64,000 nucleotides of DNA from Octopus bimaculoides. Lineage: Eukaryota. Numbering within the stretch: the stretch's first letter is position 1; the number at the start of each line of letters is the position of its first letter. The stretch spans positions 79,583,752 through 79,647,751 of the forward strand of contig NC_068983.1 of the NCBI RefSeq assembly GCF_001194135.2, in the 5' to 3' direction. Below are positions 26,097 to 40,445 of the stretch, piece after piece. The notes under the pieces are model-generated. The model did no database searches and was not told the DNA's origin. It saw nothing but the letters and a program-made list of their open reading frames with translations. Both the position numbers and the translations under genes were made by a program.

Positions 26097-26335
26097 AAGG
26101 CGGTGAGCTGGCAGAAACGTTAGCATGCCAGGGGAAATGCTTAGTGGTATTTCGTCTGCCATTATGTTCTGAGTTCAAATTCTGCCGAGGTCGACTTTGC
26201 CTTTCATCCTTTCAGGGTCGATAAATTAAATACCAGTTATGCACCGGGGTCGATGTAATCAACTTAATCCCTTTCTCTGTCCTTGTTTGTCACTTCTTTG
26301 TTTAGCCCCTTGTGGGCAATAAAGAAATAAGAAAC
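26097..26335 (+). mobile_element. SINE (family S2) nested inside an (ATG)n-tail repeat copy
   Basis: aaggcggtgagctggcagaaacgttagc...gttctgagttcaaattc...aataaagaaata interrupts the host repeat between cagctgtagaa (about 26083) and gaaactatgccaaa (about 26332). Confidence 0.85.
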
Positions 26336-26508
26336 TATGCCAAATCAGACTGGTGTCTGGTGCAGCTTACCAGCCCTGGTCAAATCGTCCAATCCAAGCT
26401 AGCATGGACAATGAACATTAAATGATGATGGTGATGATTAATAGGTATATAATTAAAGAAATGCTAGATAATGTTTGTGGATAAGACACATTTCTCACCT
26501 TTCTTTAG

Positions 26509-26530
26509 ACTACTGGTTGAGTTTAAAAAG
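26509..26530 (+). CDS. Candidate 22-nt micro-exon (LLVEFKK or YWLSLK)
   Basis: Strong acceptor ctcacctttctttAG and strong donor aag|GTGAGT. Confidence 0.4.
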
Positions 26531-29500
26531 GTGAGTGGTGTTAACAAAGGTAGGGAAGAATTGTAAAACACCCACCCAAAATGTTACATTGCAGTGCACT
26601 TTTCTAAAATTCTTTCTTTTTATCTGTTTTCCAATAACTGAAAGGGGAAAATAATTACTTTCTTTTCTAGACCATTGTATATAAAGATACCTCATTCTAA
26701 ATTACAAAGTATCATTTGAAATATTTTGAGGTTATATGTTCTTATGTCTACTTACAATGGCTAAACAGTACACAAATAAACAAAGAATAAACTATTTTAG
26801 TTGCACTTCAAATTGTATATAATCTTTGTATAAAATCTTCATCGAATCTATGTTACAATGAGATTAATTTACCTCCACTTAAAAAAAAGATATATTCAAC
26901 CTGTTTCATAATTTGCTTAAATGGTAAACATAACTACAATTAATACATAATCTGTTTTAAATTTTGAAAGAGTAAACAAACAAGAAAATACCAGTTAATG
27001 ATAAACTAAGTGATAAAAGTTGGTAACTTTACTAGTTCTACATTGAATATTTTCTTAAAAGGTAAAATTATGGAAAACATTGGAAAATTATGTTCTGAAT
27101 CTGTATTTCTTAAAAGTTCACAAAGTGATGGTGAAAGAATTGGTGCAGCTGTAACATGAATGTTCTTTTCTTAACCACTTACTTCAGCATAGCTTGTTGA
27201 GAGAGGGAGAGAGCATGTGGATGTGTATGAATGTTAGTTATTAAAAAAAATAAAGGAGCCCAAATGCTTGCTGTTTAAGGCGTGTGATAGTTGTTTTATC
27301 TGTCATGTGAATTGTTTTTTATTTGATATCCTTTAACATTTCTGTATTTCTAGTCAACAGGTCAGCTTTTTGCAAAGGGTAGAAGTACAGTTAAATAAAT
27401 CACTCACATATTTATTGATAAAAAAATTATCTCAGTCTCTCTTTAAACTGAGTAGAGCAAAACCTGACTATCTATCTAAGCTAAGCAATAATAGACAACA
27501 CTATATCCTTAATGATATTAAAAACTAAATTAAACTGTTTTATTGATAATGGTCCTGAATCCTGCATTTCATCAATAATGTGTAACACAAGCTTTCTCTG
27601 TGTTAAACAGTTTTGTCATCTATTCTCTTAAGCATTACCTTTCTCTTCTTTAACTTCGGTTTGGTAGTTCATTAAAGATTTTTACTCCAGTTTTAATTCA
27701 AGTAACTGTACTTGAGATGCACACTAGCAAGAAGCTTTTAGATTCTATAATTCTATTTACTTTCTGGTAGGCTTTTAATATTGAGAATTAGAACCTGATG
27801 TCTACATATGTAAATGGTTGATGACATTGTGTTGTTGTAGTATAATGTTTTGTTCCTCATGTTAATTTACCAGTTGATCTATATGTGTACTAGTGTATAG
27901 GTGATAATGATTTATCTTGCTGTATTACATATTATACTGATAGATAATATTTTGCATAGCTTGTTTCAAATTTATATAAGACAATGCAATATATCACTCC
28001 TTATTAAATGTTTCTCATGTTTATCTTGATATATCTTCTAGTTAGATAAATTAAAAACACTGTACTCAAGCTATTTGAAATGCAACATATTGTCTTACTA
28101 TTCATGTATATCATGAATACTTAATAACTTCTAGAAGTATACACTGGTATCTTTTGGGCCAACGAGCAAACTTTTAGTTTCTTATTTTCTAGTTTGTATC
28201 ATATTTTGATATACTTTTACCTTCATTTAACCTGGAGCTTGGTTATATGGTTAAGAGATTTACATTGCAAGCACATGATTGTGAGTTCAATTCCACTGCA
28301 CAGTAATTAAGCATAACTTCAATCATAGCCTTGGTTGACCAATGCTGTGTGAGTGGAATTTGGCAGATGCCAGTTGTGCAAGTACTCAATGTGTATATAG
28401 CTAATAACATTTACTAGGCTTCATGGTTCAACACACAACATTTGACTTGTAAAACCCTTTGGAAGTCATTCTATTGATCTTATATAATTAAAGGTGATGG
28501 TTTATTGTTCTAACTCAATATTGTGAGTCTTTCAAGTCTGAATTTGAGTACTGCTAATGCTAATATGACCATTCATTTTAAATAGTTATTTGGTCATTAG
28601 CATTATTCTTCAGATAAATTAACCCATTGTATAACACATTACTAATTAAAGCTGAAGCTCAACTTTAGAACATCAGTCCAAAAACTGTTCTAATTCTCTC
28701 TATAAAAACGTTATTTTGTGTAGAAGTTTGAGTTTAGTTGCTTTAAACTCTTATAGTTGTTTTATGCAATATTTTGCCTGACTAGAATAAGTTTTAATAT
28801 AATGCCATAAAATATTCAAATCTCTTATGCTTGTCTTCGTTATTGTCAGTTACTCTGTTTTCCTCTATTGGCAGATATCAAAGAAAAAGAACATTTTATG
28901 ATTAAATATGATGGAGGCATTCCAAGAGAGTGGTGTTTACCAACCATCATATTCATTCTTTATATATGTGATACATCTATATATAAAAATAGAAGTTCAT
29001 GTTTACATTTTATGATAAACTGAAACTGCATGGACACATTACAAACACTTCTTTGGTTATATTGTCATTGTTATGTCAAAATATTTATTATATCTTAATA
29101 ATGATTTCCTTTTTCAACATTATTTGTATTTCTATCTTCGTCCTTAACAAATAAAGATAAACTAATTAGTTGGATTGCTAGCTTAAAGTCATTAATATTT
29201 TTAAGTATCATTATTAAGAATAAATAATTTTCATGGAAATTATTCAAAAGAAATAATTTTCACATTTTATCTTTTCTCTTGATGATGTTTATACACACAC
29301 AAGCATGTATATGTATGTACATATATATATATTGTGTGTGGGAAGGTTACAGTGAATGCAAACAATGTTCTCTGAAATCATTAGCCAATAAGCTTTGTTC
29401 TAACAACTTCTCTTTCTGAGATTTAATGACAGAGCAATTTGGGAAAGCATTATTTCTATTTTTCTCTAATAACTTTGAAACAATGTTATATGGAATTGTA

Positions 29501-29536
29501 GCTGAGATTTGAGATTTCATATTTGAACATCATATA

Positions 29537-29583
<47 letters not shown>

Positions 29584-30048
29584 TTATGAAATACTTGCTT
29601 TACTGTAATTTAGTTTCTAAACAATTCTGGTTATTAACAGGTTAGCATACTTATCACAAGCTTGAATTTATTACTAGTAGTGGTATAGCCATTGAAACTG
29701 GTACCTACATTTGGTTTTCTAAGTAGTATTAGTTATTCAATGTATTCATTATTGCATTGCCAGGTAACCCAAATGATCAGTCATACATACATACTTAAAA
29801 TGTGGGTGTATGCATTAGTGTGTGTGTGTTTAAATTTCCAAATTAAATAGATTTAATTTTTCTGTCAACTTTTGAAAATAAAGACAAAAATATTTTTACT
29901 GGCTATACTATAAATACAAAATATAACATTAATTAATGAATTTTTGATAAATACATAAATGAGTGCTGTCAGAAAAGAATTTTTTTAAAATTATTGTATT
30001 CAATAAATTTTGTAAAACTAATAATTTTGTTTTCCCCTAAAATAACAG

Positions 30049-30057
30049 AATTCTGAG
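30049..30057 (+). CDS. Candidate 9-nt micro-exon (NSE)
   Basis: Acceptor ttttgttttcccctaaaataacAG and donor gag|GTATGA. Confidence 0.28.
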
Positions 30058-30586
30058 GTATGAGACTAATTTGCTGGCATATATAAAATTACAACTGAAA
30101 CAAACTTCATTCAAAAATGTAATAATTTATAGTTCTTTATTCAATAGATTTCTGCTCTTCAACCTCAACTTTCAACTGTAACTACTGAAATAAAATATTA
30201 ATATTTAAATTTGATTTATTAAAGGTACATTGTTTTTTTTTTTTTAATATATCATTTTGATAACAACAGCTGACTACAAAATAGAAATTTTTGATTGTTC
30301 ATGTTTTATAAATTATTTATTTTAATTTAAAATATCAGTGAAATATGTGAATTTTAATTTCCAAGATATTAGTGGCAGTGATACTCCAGTTCAATGTTAA
30401 CTAATTTGCTTGAGATATCTTGGAAAATTTAAATTATATTGCTTTATTTATACTGTCTTAATCTAGTTCAAACAAATACATACTAAGTTGGGAAAAACCA
30501 ATACTAAATTTATGACATATTTATATGCTGTGTACATAGCTGATCAGAAGTACTTGTTGCCTTAGTTTTATAGGGTTCGAGGCGGG

Positions 30587-32078
30587 CCTAAACACAATCA
30601 GAATTGCAAAAGCCCAGTTAACAATATTTTTGCTTTAATTTGCTTTATTACATCCACCCGCAAAGGTTTTGATCTAACTAACAAACAAATATTCTTTCAC
30701 CAACATACCACAACCATTAAAACACTGATATAGTTAATGTTATTTAGTTCCAGTTCTGTCCAGATTAAATAAATCTTTGATCAAAGATGTTCCAGTTTTG
30801 ACCAAACTCCATAATCCTTCCACCATAGTGTATTTAAAACTATATTATCGAAGGTAGAAGAATATGATTTGCAGGAAATATGGCTGCTATTTCTAACAGG
30901 TGGAGTAACCATATGGAATCTCTCTTGTAGGCTCTTAACTTCTGGAGAAACTTTAGAAGCTTGTATTCAAAACTTCAATGTCTTTGCATGTTAAACCCCC
31001 AAAAAGGTGTGTGACTTATAATTTCTTTTTTATTAAAAATTTCTTCAAATTAAATTTAATTAATAGCTGAATATATTAGAATAAAAAGGTTATTAATAAT
31101 TCACAATTTATATGTGCTAAAGATGTACATGAATATTTTTGTTGGCACTCCGTCATTTACAACGTCGAGGGTTCCAGTTGATCCGATCAACGGAACAGCC
31201 TGCTCGTGAAATTAACATGCAAGTGGCTAAGCACTCCACAGACACATGTATCCTTAATGTAGTTCTCAGGGATATTCAGCATGACACAGTGTGACAAGGC
31301 TGGTCCTTTGAAATACAGGTACAACAGAAACAGGAAGAAAGAGTGAGAGAAAGTTGTGGTGAAAGAGTACAGCAGGGTTCGCCACCATCCCCTGCTGGAG
31401 CCTTCTGGAGCTTTAGGTGTTTTCGGTCAATAAACACTCACAACGCCCAGTCTGCCAATCGAAACCGTGATCCTATGACCGCGAGTCTGCTGCCCTAACC
31501 ACTGGGCCATTGCGCCTCCGCAAGGAGAGCCTAAACACAATCAGAATTGCAAAAGCCCAGTTAATAATCTTTTTGCTTTAATTTGCCTTATTACCTCTAC
31601 CCGCAAAGGTTTTGATCTAACTAACAAGCAAATATTCATTCACCAACATACTACAACCGTTAAAACACTGATATAGTTAATGTTATTTAGTTCCAGTTCT
31701 ATCCTGATTAAATAAATCTTTGATCAAAGATGTTCCAGTTTTGACCAAACTCCATTATTCTTCCACCATAGTGTATTTAAAACTATATTATCGAAGGTAG
31801 AAGAATATTATTTGCAGGAAATATGACTGCTATTTCTAGCAGGTGGAGTAACCATATGGGATCTCTCTTATAGGCTCTTAACTTCTGGAGAAACTTTAGA
31901 AGCTTGTATTCAAAACTTCATGTCTTTGCATGTTAAACCCCCAAAAAGGTGTGTGACTTATAATTTCCTTTTTATTAAAAATTTCTTCAAATTAAATTTA
32001 ATTAATTGCTGAATATATTGAAATAAAAAGGTTATTAACAATTCACAATTTATATGTGCTAAGGATGTACCTGAATAT
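30587..32078. repeat. Direct duplication of about 550 bp (30587-31136 and 31530-32078) flanking a SINE
   Basis: Colinear copies with about 26 differences by my manual count (about 95% identity). Confidence 0.97.
31137..31519 (-). mobile_element. tRNA-derived SINE (family S3)
   Basis: The reverse-complement head ggaggcgcaaTGGCCCAGTGGttagggc...GGTTTCGATT carries Pol III A and B boxes. Related pieces lie near 39.0-39.5 and 57.6 kb. Confidence 0.88.
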
Positions 32079-33292
32079 AATCAAGCAGTAATTGTATGGA
32101 CATGGTATGCTGTCCTACTGACCTCCCAAATGCTTTGCTGGATCATGGTGGGTGGTGTGCTTAATTCAGATAAATCCAAGCAAGCTTAACAAGGTGATGA
32201 TAATGATAATAATAAAAATTTCCCAATGACTCTTTAGCAGACAATTTAACCTTAGTTTAATGATTAATTAAAATTTTATTTTATTTTCATGGATAACTGA
32301 CAGGACATGTTTAAAGATGTCTTGGCATTTTCATTACTGTATGAAAATGCTAAGGAAACCTCTTGATCTCTGTCACTGTTTCTGTTGCTACTGCTGTTTA
32401 ACCACAGGCCAACCCTGATCAAGCACGCCTTTAATCACAGCCATTGTAGAAGTAGCCATCCTATTGTTTTCTCTGTTAGGAACAACATTGTTCTGTATAT
32501 TCTTAGATAATTGGAATTGTAAATTTAAGGAAGAATGAACTAGTTTTCTTATTTGTACAGCCTCTTGTCTTTTAAATCATGGGTTTCATCAAGCGCCATT
32601 TCTGTAATCTTTTCTGCACAAAATAATCTATAAGCTTCTTTGAATGAATCTTTTGCTAATTGTATACAGAATACTGATTATGGTGATATGATTAATGATA
32701 TCAGAAAAATAAACCAATAAGAAATAGTTAAAAGTATCATGATAAGTAAATTTACTGAATCTTTCAACTGTAAGAGGTTTTACAATGCAGATATATTACT
32801 GTAATAGCAGCAACTCTAACATGCGACAGATTTCTGTTCTGTGGCACTAAAATAATAACAAATTCTCATCCTTTAGGATTTATGTCATCAGTAAACCTTT
32901 ATTTATAATCTACTATATTAAATGCAATGTGATGAGGAAGCAATCTTTGTAGTCATCTTGCTGGTCGTAAAAATAAGGTGAAGAGTACATTTAATAATGT
33001 AGTCATAGATGCAGTATGCCTGAGGGAAGAAAAGACCAAAAACAGGATATCCAGGGTTGGAATGCCAATCAATTAGGGTTAACTTGTAACTAAACAATTA
33101 CAAAATAACTATATTAAATATCTGCCCAGTGTTTTGTTCTGGTTTACTTTCTTCTGGGGATTAAGTCAGTACTAATGAACCAAATATCATTACCATTATT
33201 GTCACTGCTGCCACCACTGCCATCATCGCCAGTACCATTATCATCATTGTTGGCCTTTTCCTCCACCTCTATTAACTGACCTCTTTTTACAG

Positions 33293-33307
33293 GCTAGTAT
33301 ACAGCAG
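33293..33307 (+). CDS. Candidate 15-nt micro-exon (ASIQQ)
   Basis: Acceptor ctctttttacAG and donor cag|GTGAGA. Confidence 0.35.
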
Positions 33308-33517
33308 GTGAGATTTATTGAGACCTGATTTTTTTTTGTCGCCTGATGTTCTTTTTACCAACCCTTATTTCTTTCCAAGTAAGACACTATTTCTCTTAGG
33401 CATTCGATTAATGATCATCTCAATGGCCATGCTTGTTTTTACAGCTGGTGTAAACAGACATTGTTTATTGTTTATGCAGCATCAAGATGGCCAAAACAAC
33501 AGAAAGACAAAAGCACA

Positions 33518-33554
<37 letters not shown>

Positions 33555-35832
33555 ATGACCACCACCATCTTGATCATCAGTATTTATATTTGTTTTCTAT
33601 GCTGGTATTGGTTGAATGGGTCATTGTTGATCTCCTAGATGGGTTTGTGAGTTAAATTTTTGACTTGGTTTTTGCAGTTGGCTTTCCTTTCTTAACACCC
33701 ACCACTTTATGGAGTGTATTGGGTTTGCTTTTGTTTTTTTTTCTTTGTTTTTTTATATTTTTGGCATCAGCATGAAAGAGGTTGTCACATCGTCAACAAC
33801 ACTAAAAGATCCTAACAAGCCTACATTTAAGAGTGCACTAAATGCACTTTATCATAGAACTAGTGTTAGAGAGGATAGGGGTGAGAGAATGATTGATAAC
33901 AAGGGGTGAATAAATGGTAAGAGCGCATGATAGACTTTGATACCAACCCAACCAGTGGGGTGTTTAGGTGAACTGTATGGAGTATATGCAGGTCTACTGA
34001 ATTCCTTTATGCATTTGCTTCAAGATGAACTGGAATGATAAGGATGAAGAAGAAAGAGTGAGAGAAACAGATTGGTGCTGTGGCATCCTTAGTTACACTG
34101 GAAGTAATGTGTGTTGGACAAAAGAGATCAACTGCCATCCTTAGCCACATCAACAGCATAGTACAGTGAAAATAAGGAGAGAGAGAGAGAGAAAGTGAAT
34201 GAGAGATGAGTTAAAGGAGCTTGAGCACTAGCTGCATGAGCAATAAAGGTTTGAGTAGTAGTGACACTGATGACAGGCATCTCTCAGTCCTATCTACCAG
34301 TTCTACTCGCAAAGCATTGATTAATTCAAGGTCTCTTTCCTACTGTGTTATGCATTAAGAACATACCCTGAACCATATGGTTGTGAAGCAAACTTCTTAA
34401 CCATGTGGCTAGGCCTTTTATTGATATTATGCTCATAGTAAGGAGAAAATGTTTATTACAAGTAACTTAATGGTTCATTTTGGCCAAAAGAGATAAGAAG
34501 GAAAACTTAGAAATCTAGTTTCATTGAAATGGAACTCTTAGATAATCTTCTCAAGTTACTATTCTTTTTAGTCAACTGCAGTTGATTCTTTTCTAAATTC
34601 AGTGAATAATAATAGTACAAGATGTTAGTTGTACTACTTACTTAGGAAAATATTTAGTAACATTAAATAAATAGTTTCATTGCTTAACAGTAAAGGATAC
34701 AAAGGTGATTGTGACTAAATTTTCAAATACTCTGTATAATTCAAGGAAGTTTCAATTGTAACAGGTATAAAAATTCTTTAAGTATAAATCTTCATATGTT
34801 TAGTGAGAAGTTGTCATCGTTACTAACTGGATTTAATTTCTAGTTTTTAAGAGAATGAATATTTTGATGCCGTGGAGGAGATTTTATTTTTCATTCATTT
34901 TATATTTCTTTGAAAAGTAAAACTCATACATCACATTCACATTATAATGTTATGTTATCTGTACAGTCACAAATACACATAATCACCACATAACATATTT
35001 GAACATATTACAATACCCCAACTTCAGTGCATTGAATAATCCCACCATTACATAAAGAGCACATGATTTAAAACAGATACAAAACTTAAATACATTACTA
35101 CTACTATATAATAACATTTCACTTTATCACATAACACAATCACCACAACATAATAAACTGCTATTCATAAATGAAAATAGCAAATATCAAACTTTCAGCC
35201 AGCATTCATTATAGCCACACTCATGCAAGACAAATATGAAACAACCTTTTTACATTTGCTTGCCTTGCAGCCACATTTAACCCAAATCTCACCCACCTCT
35301 TTTAAATAAGGGAAGAATACATTGGATACTGTTGTCCCAGACACTCTTGAAAGAGAAGGGATGGTTATGGCTGGAATTCTTTCAATAATAGATCTACTCA
35401 ATCAGAGTTGACATAAAAGTTAAACAACTAGTGTCTGTATTACTGAGTCTTACTTATCTTGTAATAAGTTACCTATATGGCATGGGTATGTCTGCTTGAG
35501 TAAGCTGATGAGAGCTCTCAACAACAATAGAAAATAGCACTTCCTAGTAAAACTATTCTAGCAACTTGGGTGCTGGTATAGTTCTGTGATTAAGAAGCAT
35601 GTCTCACAGACATGTGGTTCTAGATTCAATCTCACTGTATCTTAAGTGTCTTCTATCACAGCCTCTTGTTGATTAATACTTTGTGAATGGAATTTCTTGG
35701 ATATAAACTATGTGAGAACCTGTTATATATATAAACATCTGTTTTACCATGCTGGGTTTAATGACTATTGAGAAACTGTTTTACAACCAGATGTTCTTTG
35801 TTGCTAGTCCTTACCTATTTTTTTCAAATAAG

Positions 35833-35875
35833 GATCTCCATATTCCACATGGCTTTGAAAGCATAAAGCAAGCAG
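35833..35875 (+). CDS. Candidate 43-nt exon (DLHIPHGFESIKQA)
   Basis: Acceptor tatttttttcaaatAAG and donor cag|GTAATT; only the phase-0 frame is open. Confidence 0.35.
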
Positions 35876-38184
35876 GTAATTTGATAGAACTGACAACAAA
35901 ACTGCTTGAACACAGAAGTGTAAGCAAAAGAACAGTCAGATATACATGTACGCATATACATATAAATACATTCACACACGCATATTTTGTGTGTGTATGT
36001 GTGTGTTTGTGTGTGAATGATGTAAATGTAGATAAAATCCCAGTCTCTTTGAACAAAATCCTTTACACTGAGTTATAGGTATACATTTGTCACTCTCAGA
36101 AATACATTAAAGCAATGACTGGTTGGTGCATTGGAAACTTGTAACCAACAGTACTATTATTCACATATTGCAATATAAATATATATCACAAACCATGGCA
36201 TACAGTTCCTTTAATTTATACCACGACTACTGAAGTTTATATTGTCAATGACAATTTTAGAACAGAAAATATTAAGGTATTTGATCTTTTAAATCAGCCA
36301 GGAAATAAGATGTGGCATTTTTTGTGGATATCTCCTGTGGTGATCTAATGTAACCAAACATAAAAATGCTAAGCCACTTTTAGATCGATTTTGTTGGAGT
36401 TATAAGGTAGTTCTTTGAAAATGGAATATTAACGAATAAAAATATGTGTATATAATGAGACAAGCATGTAGCTATTATAAAATTTTCCTGTGTCAGCAGT
36501 CAGAATAGATACATGAAAAATGACTTTAGTAATGTCAAACTGCTAATTATGCAAATGAAGGTGAACATGCTGGAGTTTGCATTCACGACAATAAACAATG
36601 GGAAATTACCTTGCTCTTTTACTGATTTAACAGAAAGGAGAGAAAAGAAAAGGACAAAACAAAAAAATAAAGTTAAAAAACAAACAAGATTAATTCCTGT
36701 TGTCAAACATGCTAATGCCTTTATTTAGTAGGATTTTCTTTTTGCAATGCTATACTGGCTTTTTTTTTTTTTTTTTTTTTTTTTTTGGTATAGCAAAGGT
36801 TGGTAAACTCAGATCGGTATATTAATGATATTATAAGCCAATGCGGACTCTATTTTGTCATTTGATCTGCTAGAAATAGCATCCAAATCTTTCACACCTT
36901 ACCCTCTATTTTTTTTAAAAAAAGGTCATTTTGTATAATGTAGTCTGAGATAATTTATATCTGAAAAGTTACATAATGGTCACATATAGAATGCATTTGA
37001 TCATGGGTCTGCTTGATCAGTGACATCCTATGCCTCATAGATGCTTGGTAATACAATCCAGTTACCTGCAACCAATCTTTCCGATGAGCAACTGAATTGA
37101 CATTTAAAACAATAGATGACATTTGTAGTACAGTGAAAATTGTCAATAATAAGGAAGGGATGTTATATAAGTTTTACCTGAAGAGCACAGAAGGATGAAA
37201 ATTAAATCATAACAAAAAAGAAGTATCCCTCTCTCCCTCTATATGTATGTATGTATCCATATATGAACTTTATAAGGTATATCATGTGTATTGTACATAT
37301 GTGTTTTAGAATATATATTAATACGTATGTATCAAATAGCTATCATTTATTTGTTTCACTCAATAGACTGAGGCCATGTTGGGGAACTGCTTTGAATTTT
37401 TAGTCGTATGAATTGACCCCAGTACATTTTTTTAAGTCTGATATTTATTCTATCAACTTCTTGCTGAACTGCTAAGTTACAGGGACATAAACACATGACC
37501 ACAAGTTCTCAAGTGGTGATGGGGCACAAACACAGACACATACATACATACACACATGCATGCACACACATATACACACATGCACACACATGTGCAACAG
37601 GCTTCTTTCAGTTTCCACCTACCAAATTCACTCGCTAGCTTTTGGTTGGCCTGAGGCTATAGTAGAAAACACTTGCCCAAGGTACCATACTGTGAGACTA
37701 AACCTGGAACCTTGTGGTTGGGAAGCAAGCTTCTTATCACATGGTTGCAGCATGAGCTTAACCATATAGCCATGCCTACACCTATAATATGTTAGATATT
37801 TTCTGAATATCAAATATTATCTTCTGTCAGCTAACTGTTATAAGTTTCTGAATGTTTGTTACTCAGAACAATGAACCAAATAGTTTAAATGTTTAGAAGC
37901 TGAATTTGATCGAAAATGTAACATAGTAAAATATTTGCAGACTGATATAGCGACTCATTTGTCATGTATCTGTTGAGCAAAACTATATATACTTTTTACA
38001 AACTGAATTATTTCAGCTGTCTTTTTCACTTACAACTTCAATCATAGCACAGGACTGTTCCTCATATTGACATCAATATAGGAAGAAATGTTATTTTAAA
38101 TTCTATAGTCGTTTAATACTTGTTTACAATAAATAAACTCCTGGTCTTCCTGAAATAGTCTAATTTAGGATATTTTTGTTACAG

Positions 38185-38221
38185 AAGACATATTTAAATG
38201 TACTGAACTTAACTTCAGTTG
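38185..38221 (+). CDS. Candidate 37-nt exon (EDIFKCTELNFS)
   Basis: Acceptor tatttttgttacAG and donor tg|GTatct; phase 1-2, compatible with the 35833 exon. Confidence 0.28.
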
Positions 38222-40445
38222 GTATCTTAGCAGTCAATCTAGTTTACATTGACTCTTACATCTTCTTATCATTGATTTTATATCTCTTTATACTTCATAT
38301 AACCATTCTCTTATCAATCAGGGTTTTCTTTCTTGCCATCTGCATCCACATGTGATGTATATACACATTTAATTTTCTACTTTGTTTGAATTTTACTTAA
38401 ATGGTGTTTAAGGTACAGGCTTGAGTGTCTGGTTAAAAAGTTTGCTTCCCAACCACTTGGGAATTGAAAAAAAAGCCTGTCACATGTATGTATAGTATAT
38501 GTGTGTGTATTCACATGTGTCTTCTTGTCTTCACATAACACAATAAATAAGTTGTAAATGGAATCCCTTATTTCCAGTCTTCTCTGAAAACATGTCCCAC
38601 CATGGGAGAAACATGAAAAAGAATTACATCTAGCTTTTGTGTTATTTATATAGATTTTTTTAAAATTATATCACAGGTTATAAGTGTGTTATTGGAAAAT
38701 TTCTAGTTTTTGTATCTTAGCATACATTAAGACGTTTATAAAATATTACAACAGTGACTATTGAAATTTGTTTATTCATTCATTGTTACATCCACTTTTC
38801 CCATGCTAACATGGTTTAAGAAGAATATATATTATTGAGGCATTATTTTACAACTGGATACCCTTTCTGTCACTTACCCTTATCTGTTTTATATGAAAGG
38901 AAATTTACATTCCACTCATCTCAGAAAGTGCAGAAGTGCCAGGCAATCTGTTGACTAGAAAATGTTAACATGCTCAGTGCAATACAGGAAGTAAACATAC
39001 ACACATATGCACATACATATTTGGCACTTTGTTTGTTACGGCAATGAGTGTTCCACTTGATTTACTCAATAGAACAACCTGCTCGTGAAATTGACTCTGT
39101 TCTTTATTCAAACTGGCCAAGCCCAGCCTCACACACCTACTCTACATTATCATTCCAAAAATAAACAATTATATCATTGGAATCTCAAAACAATGAGATA
39201 ATTCATGATTAATTCAAAACAATGTAAATAAATGTGCATTATATTTGACAGAGTAATCCGAATGCTTAAGGGTCAGTGTGCAACTGGTTGAGTACTCTGC
39301 AGACCTGTATGACCTTAAGGTAGTTCTCACTGATATTCAGTATGACACAGGTTGTGGCAAGACTGGCCCTTTGAATTACTGGTACAATTCAATTTTGCCA
39401 GCTGAGAGGACTGGAGCAAAGTGAAATAGCTTTGTTGTATGACCCAACATACCACCAGGATCTCACAACCTTATGATCATGAGTCAAATGCTCTAACCAC
39501 TAACTATGCACACACACATGTATGCGTGATGAGCTTTGTACATTTTCTGTCTGCCAAAGGTATTCGTCAGCATGAAATTACAGTAGAAGAAACTTAGCTA
39601 AGGTACCATGTAGTGGGATTGAATCCAAAACCACGGTGGTGAAGTAGACTTCCTCATCACACACATAATGTGCAGCCATACCTGCACATAAAAGATTTTA
39701 ATTATAAGGGAATTTAATTGGATAGATAAAAATGAACCACATTTACAAGAGAAAATGCATTTGATCAATGATCAGTATTGATATCACTTTAGAGTGAATT
39801 TTATAATTAATATTGTAGAAATAATTTTTCATTCTACAGATATGTAGGCATTTAACTATATTCATCATGTCTATGAAAATGTTAAAAAGAATTAATTCTG
39901 CTGTGATTTTAGCTCTTGGGCAATAGCCCAACATACTAAACATGCAGCCATTAAATATAAAACTTTAACAGAGTATAATTCTGATTGGGAGATATCAGCA
40001 TTTAAGACTCAATATGCTTCTGTTGCACCATTCTTTAATCAGAAACCAAGAGACAAGATGTCACTGTGAAAATAAACTGGTTAATGAATTGATTGGTCAT
40101 TAAAATTTGCAAAATTAGTTGAGCATTCCACAAAATACCTTGTGGTATTTGGTTATATCCCTTTACATTCTGAGTTTAATTCCACAGTTTGTCTGGTATA
40201 TTAATCTGAGATAGACATCAATAATATAAGTAACAGTCCCAATATAATCAACTAAAACCTTTGAAATCAGTGCCCTAGCATGGCCGCAATTCAATGACTA
40301 TACAAAAATAAAAGCTTATAGTTTTAGTTTTATTTCTTTCTCTTTTTTTTTTTTTTTGCACAGTAGAAGAATATATTCTGTTTTCCCTTGTATTATGCTA
40401 AATTGTATTTGCATCTCTTTTATGTATACTTTTTTTCCTTTATAG

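Noticed and set aside
7926-26530. Alternative splice giving ...HLVYYWLSLKRILRLVYS with faint RGS-domain resemblance
   Set aside because: The similarity is only a few residues, and the frame is incompatible with the 35833 exon. No gene name is justified.
27320-27340. ATATCCTTT resembling a U12-type 5' splice site
   Set aside because: A few such 8-9-mers are expected by chance in 64 kb of AT-rich DNA, and there is no matching exon context.
28876-28935. Protein-like frame DIKEKEHFMIKYDGGIPREW with a KYDG ligase-like motif
   Set aside because: The acceptor is good but there is no convincing donor, its phase does not fit the neighbouring candidates, and it lacks the E and R that flank the ligase KxDG motif.
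31440-31519. tRNA gene calls for SINE heads (also 49670-49746)
   Set aside because: A and B boxes are present, but there is no complete cloverleaf and each head continues into a SINE body.
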